Origin: Ilumatobacteraceae bacterium
GTDB taxonomy: Bacteria > Actinomycetota > Acidimicrobiia > Acidimicrobiales > Ilumatobacteraceae
Assembly: GCA_041747915.1 (NCBI GenBank)
Contig: JBGTEH010000028.1
Location: 1-36,752, forward strand
Length of the DNA: 36,752 nt
Direction: 5' to 3'
A program made the translations under genes and the position numbers. The notes under the pieces were generated by a model. It worked only from the letters and a program-made list of their open reading frames with translations, had not been told where the DNA came from and searched no databases. This document shows, in pieces, positions 30,607 through 36,752 of the stretch; position 1 is the stretch's first letter, and every line of letters begins with the position of its first letter.

Positions 30607-32139
30607 TCAGCTCATCTCATCGACGAGGTGAGCGGAAACGCGCAGCGCGTTGGCGATGATGGTCAACGTCGGATTGACGGCCGACGACGAGCGGAAGAAG
30701 GAGCTGTCGACGACATACACGTTGTCGAGGTCGTGCAACTTGCAGTTGATGTCGAGCGCCGAAGTCGTCGGGTCCGTCCCGAACCGAACCGTGCCGTTCT
30801 GGTGGGATACGCCTTCGATCGAGTTCCGTCCACCGTTGTAGTGGCCGATCTCGAAGTACTCGTCGCGACACCGCATCGTCTCGAGCAGCCCTTTCCATTT
30901 GTCGATCAGTCGCTCATGGGCGACGGCGTTGGTGTCCCAATAGGCCACCTTGACCGTGCCGTCGGGCTCGACCGTCACGCGGTTTCGTTCGCTCGGAAGA
31001 TCCTCGGTCGTCAGCCAGAACTCGACCGCGTGAGCAGCCTGTTCCACAGCGTCTGGGCCCGAGAACGCCGACACGTGCTGACGACCGAGCATCTGGATCG
31101 CCCCGAGCGGATACTCCCATTCACTCTCGAGCGCATCGTCGCCGTAGTAATAGTCGTTGATTCCGAGTGTCTTCTGGAAGCGCGTCGGGTTGGGCAGCGT
31201 GGAGAACGCGATGAGCGCCGAGTTGTGGTGCATCATCAGATTCCGACCGACGACGCCGGAGGAGTTTCCGAGCCCGTCGGGATGGTGGTCGTTGGCCGAT
31301 TTCAAGAGCAGCGCGGCGCTGTTGATGGCGCCACAGGCGACGATGACGACGTTCGCGGAGTACTCCTCGCGTTCGCCCTGACGGTCGACGACGACGGTTG
31401 AGACCTTGCGCCCCGAAGCATCGGTGTCGAGACGCTCGACGCGACAGTTCGTCAGCATGGTCACATTCGGGAAGCTGGCGAGTGCCGGCACGACGCAGAT
31501 CGTCTCGCTGTCGGACTTCGCGTTGGTCAGGCACGGGTGGCCGTCACACGTCTCGCATTTGATGCACTTGGAAAGATGCGGGGCGGACTCGTCGAGCAGA
31601 ACTCCCATCGGGAGCGGGAAGGGGTGCAGACCACGGGCCGCGAGGTCGTCCCACAGTTGTTGCATCCGGGGTTCGTTCGTCACCGGCGGATAGGGGTACT
31701 CCTTCGACACCGGCGGATCGAAAGGATCGATCCCGTGTCGGCCGTGCACCTGGTAGAGCTGCTCGGCTTCGCTGTACCAGGGCTCGAAGTCGGCGTAGCT
31801 CAGTGGCCAGGCCGGCGATTCGCCGCCGTGGTGTTGAACGACGCCGAAGTCCCGTTCGCGCATCCGGAACAACACCGCGCCGTACACCTTTGTGTTTCCA
31901 CCCACGTAGAAGTGTTGCTTGGGCAGGAATGGTGTGCCGTCGCGATCGAGGTAAGCGCCGCTGTTGCGATATCGGTGTTCGCCCCAGACGGCAACCGGGC
32001 TCCAGTTCTCGTGCTCCCGCGGCAAGTAGTCCCCCCGTTCGAGAAGGAGAACACGCTTTCCCGCCGCGCCGAGCGCGTGGAACGCGGTGCCGCCACCGGC
32101 TCCCGAGCCGATGACGATGACGTCGTAGTGGTCGGTCAT
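30607..32139 (-). CDS. GMC-family FAD-dependent oxidoreductase with an internal CxxCxxCxxxxC cluster
   Basis: 510 aa from ATG 32139, with a GAGGAG RBS. The FAD motif is 'YDVIVIGSGAGGG'. The GMC C-terminus reads 'HQNGTVRFG...VYVVDSSFF.SSSAVNPTLTIIANALR'. The Cys cluster CIKCETCDGHPC lies at 31531-31566. Confidence 0.85.
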   Translation of the reverse strand: MTDHYDVIVIGSGAGGGTAFHALGAAGKRVLLLERGDYLPREHENWSPVAVWGEHRYRNSGAYLDRDGTPFLPKQHFYVGGNTKVYGAVLFRMRERDFGVVQHHGGESPAWPLSYADFEPWYSEAEQLYQVHGRHGIDPFDPPVSKEYPYPPVTNEPRMQQLWDDLAARGLHPFPLPMGVLLDESAPHLSKCIKCETCDGHPCLTNAKSDSETICVVPALASFPNVTMLTNCRVERLDTDASGRKVSTVVVDRQGEREEYSANVVIVACGAINSAALLLKSANDHHPDGLGNSSGVVGRNLMMHHNSALIAFSTLPNPTRFQKTLGINDYYYGDDALESEWEYPLGAIQMLGRQHVSAFSGPDAVEQAAHAVEFWLTTEDLPSERNRVTVEPDGTVKVAYWDTNAVAHERLIDKWKGLLETMRCRDEYFEIGHYNGGRNSIEGVSHQNGTVRFGTDPTTSALDINCKLHDLDNVYVVDSSFFRSSSAVNPTLTIIANALRVSAHLVDEMS

Positions 32140-32257
32140 GTGTGATTCTCCTCGCAAGAACGTTGCGTTGGTTGGGAGTGACGGGCGGGCGACGAGCAGT
32201 CCGATGTCGTGCCGTCTCTCGCCGAGACGGTTGCGTTACAACCCTTCGTCGTCGAGG

Positions 32258-34165
32258 TCACTGAGCGGCGCGGCGCGCCCGAAGCCATTCGGCAACAGAC
32301 CACGCCTGGAACGGACATCCCGTCGCCTGGTGAGGTGCGTCGCCGTCGGCCGTCTCCGACACCGAGCCGAGGCCCCACTCTGCGAGGTGAGGTTCGGCAT
32401 TCTCGACAGCGCGGACAGCATCGTCGTGGTCCCCGCCCTTGGCCATCAGATCGACGAGCGGGCCGAGAAGCCACGGCCACACCGTCCCTTGGTGGTAGGC
32501 GCCATCTCGCTCGCCTGGCCCACCGCGATGCCGCCCGATGTAGTGCGCGTCGTGCGGCGCGAGCGACCGAAGCCCGATCGAGGTGCGCAGTGATGCGGTG
32601 GCAGAGAGCACGTCCTGGACATCGCTCGCGGCGATCGAGCCAGCGATCACCGCAGCAGCGACCACCTGATTCGGTCGGATCTGCTCGCCGCTGTCATCGT
32701 CGGCGACGTCGAGCCAGCCCTGACCACGCCGTGGGAAGCGCTGCGCGAACGAGACAGAAGCCCGTTGCGCGAGCACCTCGAACCGTTGGTCGTCACCGCC
32801 CACCGAGCGGGCAATCTGCGCTGCTGCGGACAGTCCGCTGATCCACAGCGCGTTGACCTCGACCGGCTTGCCAGCGCGTGGAGTGATCGGTCGCCCATCG
32901 ACGCGGGCATCCATCCAGGTGAGTGCCACACCGTCAGCACCCTGGGTGATGAGGCCGTCGTCGTGGACGCGGAGTCCGTACCGGGTTCCGTCGAGGTGAT
33001 GGCGCACCACGTCGTCGATCGTCGGCAGGAGCAACCGTCCGAGGTCGAGATCGCCCGTGCGTTCGATGTGGCGCCCGATCGCGTGGAGGAACCACATCGT
33101 CGCGTCGGCGGTGTTGTACTCGGTCATGCCGACGTCGGCAGTGTTGGCCAGCATTCCTTCCGACACCGTCTCACCAGCAGTGAGGAGCAGCGCCCGTCCT
33201 TCCTCGACTCGTCCGGTTTCGAGGAACAGACCTTCGTACGACGTCATCGTGTCGCGGGACCATTCACCGAACCACGGATAGCCGGCGACAACGGTCGGGC
33301 CGTTCGTTGCGGTCACCACGAACTGGTCAGCCGCATGCGCGAGCAGTGCGTCGGACTCGCCGGTGGCGCCCGCGGTGGTGGCCACCGCACGGGCACGAGC
33401 CCGCCTCGACTCGATGACGTCAGCCGCTGGCGGGACCGGCATGTCGAGATCACGTGCCCACGCCGACACGTCGATCGATTCGCCCGTCGCGAGCGACGCG
33501 GTGAAGCGGCCTGCGTGGAAGAGATCCTCGACGGCGTTCAAGCCCCGATCCGATTCCTCGCGATGACGAACACCGTGATACCAGGCGCCGTCCGGTCGGA
33601 AGTCGGGTCCGGCGACGCGGTAGGCCCCCTCGAACACGAATCCGTCGGCGGTGGTGGACATGTCAGGATCACCCCCTCCGTCGAACCGTTCACCGTGGGC
33701 GTCGCGCCACGTACAGAGTGCCCCGATCTCGACCCTGATGGTTCCGGGTGCTGACAGGACGGTCCATCGGGTCACGACGCCTGGCCGAACGTGGGGCATC
33801 GCCAGTTCCATCTGGATGGTGACGTCATCGGCCGACCACTGCCAACGCGGAACCCCGTCGATCAGGTCGAAACGATCCAACAACGTGTGGCCAGCGGGGG
33901 AGATTGCGCCAGACGCCCACTCGTGCGTGGACAGCTCGAGCCGGCGGTCGCCAACCAGCGCGACAGGTTCGAGCGCGGCGAGCCCAAGGTGCCGGCCGAT
34001 CGGCGGTTGGGTCGCCACGACCAGCAGGCCGTGGTAGCGACGCGTCCGCAGCCCGGCGACGGTTCCCATCGCAAAGCCGCCGAGCCCATCGGTCACGAGC
34101 CACTCGCGTTGCGCGGCATCGTCCAGCGAGCCGGTTGTCTGACGTCCGAACGTGATGCAGGTCAT
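32258..34165 (-). CDS. amylo-alpha-1,6-glucosidase / glycogen-debranching-enzyme family (GDE_C type) protein
   Basis: 635 aa. The N-terminus 'EWLVTDGLGGFAMGTVAGLRTRRYHGLLV' and the C-terminal (alpha/alpha)6-type region 'YHQGTVWPWLLGP' match this family. Confidence 0.8.
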   Translation of the reverse strand: MTCITFGRQTTGSLDDAAQREWLVTDGLGGFAMGTVAGLRTRRYHGLLVVATQPPIGRHLGLAALEPVALVGDRRLELSTHEWASGAISPAGHTLLDRFDLIDGVPRWQWSADDVTIQMELAMPHVRPGVVTRWTVLSAPGTIRVEIGALCTWRDAHGERFDGGGDPDMSTTADGFVFEGAYRVAGPDFRPDGAWYHGVRHREESDRGLNAVEDLFHAGRFTASLATGESIDVSAWARDLDMPVPPAADVIESRRARARAVATTAGATGESDALLAHAADQFVVTATNGPTVVAGYPWFGEWSRDTMTSYEGLFLETGRVEEGRALLLTAGETVSEGMLANTADVGMTEYNTADATMWFLHAIGRHIERTGDLDLGRLLLPTIDDVVRHHLDGTRYGLRVHDDGLITQGADGVALTWMDARVDGRPITPRAGKPVEVNALWISGLSAAAQIARSVGGDDQRFEVLAQRASVSFAQRFPRRGQGWLDVADDDSGEQIRPNQVVAAAVIAGSIAASDVQDVLSATASLRTSIGLRSLAPHDAHYIGRHRGGPGERDGAYHQGTVWPWLLGPLVDLMAKGGDHDDAVRAVENAEPHLAEWGLGSVSETADGDAPHQATGCPFQAWSVAEWLRARRAAQ

Positions 34166-34253
34166 GGCGGTCTGTCCGGCGAACCTGCCAAACGTGACAC
34201 GGTCCAGGGTGACGTGAGGGGGACGGGTGAGGACAGGTGACGGGTCGAGACGA

Positions 34254-34544
34254 TCAGGTGCGCAGGAAGTCGTGGAACGAGCGGATCAGCGCCTCGCACG
34301 TGTCGCGGGCGGGCAGCTGCGGGTGTACACGGCCGAGTACGTCAACGGTCCGTCGCGTCTGCTCGACGAAGTACCCGCACTCTCGACACCTGCGCAGATG
34401 CCGTTCGAAATGCTCGATCTCGACGGGTGTCATCGCACCTTCGATGTACTCGGTGACGAGCTCGACGACCTGCTGGCACAGATACGGACCGCGCCGAAGC
34501 CGGAACCGGCGCAGGACGTTGGCGACGTTCCCTCGACTCACCAC
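34254..34544 (-). CDS. small cytoplasmic zinc-binding anti-sigma (ZAS, zf-HC2, RsrA-like) protein with no adjacent sigma gene
   Basis: About 96 aa from GTG 34544 (or 34541). '...YLCQQVVELVTEYIEGAMTPVEIEHFERHLRRCRECGYF' shows the pattern C...H-x3-C-x2-C. It is a clear paralog of the protein at 36249-36494. Upstream of the GTGs, the track's longer ORF has poor codon usage. Confidence 0.6.
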   Translation of the reverse strand: MVSRGNVANVLRRFRLRRGPYLCQQVVELVTEYIEGAMTPVEIEHFERHLRRCRECGYFVEQTRRTVDVLGRVHPQLPARDTCEALIRSFHDFLRT

Positions 34545-34698
34545 GTCTCGCAGTCCATCGAGGCCGCGGATCGTTACGAAAATGTTCGCGAATAGTCGAA
34601 GTTGGTCGCCGGCGTGTAACGGACGGGCCAGCACGCTGGACTGACCTGCCGCGAGCACGATCGATCGTGCCCCAGACTTCGAGGATTTGAGGAGTGTC

Positions 34699-35526
34699 AT
34701 GAATGGACTCGTCGGCAAGACGGCAATCGTCACGGGTGGCAGTTCGGGTATCGGCCAGGCGATCGCGACCCGGCTGGGCAACGACGGGGTGAACGTCGCG
34801 ATCAACTACGTCGGTCCGCTCGACGGTGCGCTGGCCACGAAGGAAGCGATCGATGCCGGGCTGGAAGCCTGCGTCGATGCGGTGAACTCGTGTAGCCAAC
34901 CGAGTCGTGCGATCGTCGTCGAGGCCGATGTATCGGACGAAGCGTCGGTCGAGCGGATGTTCGCCGAGGTACGCGCGGAGTTCGGCACGGTTGACTTCCT
35001 CGTGAACAACGCTGGTATCCAGGTCGCTCGCGAGACGGACATGCTCGACGCAGCGGCGTTCGATCGCGTGATCGCCGTCAACTTGCGCGGTTCGTTCCTG
35101 TGTGCACGCGAGCAGGTCCGACAGCTGCTCGCCGATGATCGGCCGGGATCGATCGTCAACGTGTCGTCGGTCCACCAGGTCATTCCGAAGCCGAAGTTCC
35201 TCGGATACGCGGTGAGCAAGGGCGGTATGCAGAACCTCACCCGCACGCTCGCCCTCGAGTACGCCGGTCGCGGAATACGCGTCAATGGGATCGGTCCCGG
35301 CGCGACGGTGACCCCGATCAACCGGTCGTGGATCGATGACCCCGACAAGCGCGCGATGGTGACGAGCCACATTCCGATGGGACGCGCTGGTGACGCCGAG
35401 GAAATGGCGGCGGTGACTGCGTTCCTGTTGTCGGACGAAGCCGGCTACATCACCGGCCAGACGATCTTCGTCGACGGTGGGCTGACGTTGTTCGCGGACT
35501 TCCGCGGCACGTGGTCGTCGGAGTAA
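34699..35526 (+). CDS. short-chain dehydrogenase/reductase, glucose 1-dehydrogenase-like
   Basis: 275 aa from ATG 34699, with a GAGGAG RBS. Motifs are 'TGGSSGIGQA', 'NNAG' and 'SSVHQVIPKPKFLGYAVSKGGMQNLTRTLALEYAGRGIRVNGIGPGA'. Confidence 0.8.
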   Translation: MNGLVGKTAIVTGGSSGIGQAIATRLGNDGVNVAINYVGPLDGALATKEAIDAGLEACVDAVNSCSQPSRAIVVEADVSDEASVERMFAEVRAEFGTVDFLVNNAGIQVARETDMLDAAAFDRVIAVNLRGSFLCAREQVRQLLADDRPGSIVNVSSVHQVIPKPKFLGYAVSKGGMQNLTRTLALEYAGRGIRVNGIGPGATVTPINRSWIDDPDKRAMVTSHIPMGRAGDAEEMAAVTAFLLSDEAGYITGQTIFVDGGLTLFADFRGTWSSE

Positions 35527-35571
35527 CGCTGCGGGAAACAAAGCGACGCCCCTTGATCGAGATCGTCAAGG

Positions 35572-36252
35572 ATGACACCGGTCGGGTGGGACGGGAGTAC
35601 CGTCCTGGGTCGAATGGAGCTCGGCACCACGACGAATGAAGCGGCGTTCGTCGAGCGGTTGCGCGCGGGTGACGATCAGGCGTTCGCATCACTGGTCGAC
35701 CGGTACTACACGAGCATGCTGCATGTCGCTCGCGGGTACGTGGCGTCGAAGGAAGCCGCGGAGGACGTGGTACAGGAGACCTTCCTCGGGGTGATCACGG
35801 GCATTGATCGCTTCGAAGGAAGGTCGTCGCTGAAGACCTGGATGTTCCGGATCCTGGTCAATCGCGCACAGACCCGTGGTGAACGCGAGGGTCGAGTCCG
35901 ACCGTTTTCGTCGATCGGCGACGAAGCGACGCCAGCTGTCGACCCTGACCGATTCGAAAAGACCGGCCGCTGGGCCGGGTTCTGGTCGTCGCCGCCGTCG
36001 GCGGAGGAGCTGCCGGAAGCGAGCGTGCTCGCTACGGAACTGGGGGATCGGCTGCTGGCCGCCATTGCCACGTTGCCCGAGACACAGCGCTCTGTCTTGG
36101 AGTTGCGCGACGTGCTCGGGTTCTCGTCGTACGAGGTGTGCGAGCTGCTCGCGATCAGTGAGGTGAATCAGCGCGTCTTGTTGCATCGAGCTCGAAGCAG
36201 GGCCCGTGCAATACTCGAGGGGTTCGTGGGCACGGCCGAGGGGGATCAGTGA
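35572..36252 (+). CDS. ECF-type RNA polymerase sigma-70 factor
   Basis: Region 2 reads 'AFASLVDRYYTSMLHVARGYV...AEDVVQETFLGV...KTWMFRILVNRA'. Region 4 reads 'LPETQRSVLELRDVLGFSSYEVCELLAISEVNQRVLLHRARSR'. An alternative start lies at ATG 35614. Confidence 0.85.
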   Translation: MTPVGWDGSTVLGRMELGTTTNEAAFVERLRAGDDQAFASLVDRYYTSMLHVARGYVASKEAAEDVVQETFLGVITGIDRFEGRSSLKTWMFRILVNRAQTRGEREGRVRPFSSIGDEATPAVDPDRFEKTGRWAGFWSSPPSAEELPEASVLATELGDRLLAAIATLPETQRSVLELRDVLGFSSYEVCELLAISEVNQRVLLHRARSRARAILEGFVGTAEGDQ

Positions 36253-36494
36253 GGGCGCAACCTGCGGTGACCTGTGCCCAGCTCGTCGAGGTTGTCACCG
36301 AATGGATGGAGGGAGCGCTCTCGGACACCGAGCGGGTCCAGGTCGAGGAGCATTTGGCAATCTGCCCGAGCTGCGACGGCTACCTCGCACAACTGCGGCA
36401 CTCGATCGAGGTGCTACGCGAGTCGCCCCGCCATGTCCCGCCCGCCGAAGCGCGCCACGCCCTGGTCGAGGCATTTCGTCGCCACCAGCACTGA
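36249..36494 (+). CDS. ZAS-type (zf-HC2) anti-sigma factor, cytoplasmic, cognate to the upstream ECF sigma
   Basis: 81 aa. Its GTG overlaps the sigma stop (GTGA at 36249-36252). 'VTCAQLVEVVTEWMEGAL...VEEHLAICPSCDGY' gives H-x3-C-x2-C. Confidence 0.8.
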   Translation: MRAQPAVTCAQLVEVVTEWMEGALSDTERVQVEEHLAICPSCDGYLAQLRHSIEVLRESPRHVPPAEARHALVEAFRRHQH

Positions 36495-36525
36495 GACGCT
36501 CGCGTAAGTCGGCGGGGTGCGCCGA

Positions 36526-36752
36526 TCAGGTGAGGTTGAGTCGTTGGATGAGGAAATCGGACTGAAAGGTACGTTCGGCCGTGTAGCCGGCATCGTAACG
36601 CTGCTGATCTCCGGCCGGCCCGCCGGCGAGGTGACCAGCGGAGCATGCTGCGCCGAACGGCGCATGAGCGTGACGGCCCTCGATGGCGAACAAGGCGGTG
36701 TCGGCGGCGAAGCCGGCGGCTCGCCCGGCGAACGTCGCGTCGTCGCAGCGGT
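36526..36752 (-). CDS. 3' end of an unidentified protein-coding gene (start outside window)
   Basis: The minus-strand frame entering from the window edge stays open and GC3-rich for 74 codons (...FAIEGRHAHAPFGAACSAGHLAGGPAGDQQRYDAGYTAERTFQSDFLIQRLNLT*). Its stop is at 36526-36528. It is absent from the ORF track because it has no start codon inside the window. Confidence 0.45.
   Translation of the reverse strand, partial: RCDDATFAGRAAGFAADTALFAIEGRHAHAPFGAACSAGHLAGGPAGDQQRYDAGYTAERTFQSDFLIQRLNLT

Noticed and set aside
34545-34805. Longer version of the orphan ZAS ORF (183 aa from 34805).
   Set aside because: Upstream of the GTGs at 34544 and 34541 the frame is full of A/T-ending rare codons. 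It would also overlap the SDR start and RBS on the other strand. The conserved ZAS fold needs only the last ~96 residues.
1-36752. Search for CRISPR arrays, IS elements, integrases, phage or defence genes, rRNA and tRNA.
   Set aside because: No repeat occurs more than four times or with spacer-like regularity beyond 40 bp. No transposase, integrase or recombinase-like ORF was seen, and no terminal inverted repeats bracket a gene set. All intergenic gaps are short and hold only promoter or hairpin-type elements. The NB-ARC ATPase at 18948-21848 has a SARP DNA-binding N-terminus, so it is a regulator and not a STAND defence protein.

Overview
High-GC chromosomal segment of actinobacterial type. 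Markers are a WhiB-family regulator, F420-linked enzymes, a SARP regulator, egtB/egtD and ZAS anti-sigma factors. It is densely packed with about 43 protein-coding genes, many translationally coupled through ATGA/GTGA overlaps. I recognised no rRNA, tRNA, CRISPR array, transposase, integrase or phage gene. Most long ORFs in the track that lie antisense to these genes are high-GC artefacts.

Content from left to right:
- Acyl-CoA dehydrogenase 3' end.
- A DTE-motif proton-pump rhodopsin, divergently paired with an HTH + B12-binding-domain regulator and followed by a WhiB gene.
- A PhyH-like dioxygenase and an F420-type nitroreductase.
- A hotdog/hotdog/ACAD operon, an isochorismatase-family hydrolase and a DUF2855 protein.
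- A PNPOx / PNPOx-GAF-wHTH sensor pair, divergent from a hemerythrin and a cupredoxin-like lipoprotein.
- A TetR-flanked F420-reductase / DJ-1 / thioredoxin-fold cluster.
- A PIG-L deacetylase, an ACAD, a 966-aa SARP/NB-ARC/TPR regulator and a PaaI thioesterase.
- egtB-egtD (ergothioneine), a VOC protein and a peroxiredoxin-like protein.
- A tightly coupled five-gene operon: GMC oxidoreductase, DM13, SMP-30, tandem GlcG, SMP-30.
- A glycogen-debranching-type glucosidase, and an ECF sigma with two paralogous ZAS anti-sigma proteins flanking an SDR.

Most interesting observations:
1. The thioredoxin-fold gene at 13988-14569 (-) has an in-frame TGA exactly where the first Cys of its CxxC motif should be (FFSPT-U-GGC). 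A hairpin lies 15 nt downstream. This is a candidate selenoprotein that the ORF track truncates.
2. The rhodopsin/B12-regulator pair shares an intergenic region containing four helically phased 10-bp CTAA repeats.
3. The uncharacterised GMC-DM13-SMP30-GlcG operon includes a ferredoxin-like Cys cluster in the GMC enzyme.
4. Several exact repeat and palindrome architectures sit in intergenic regions.
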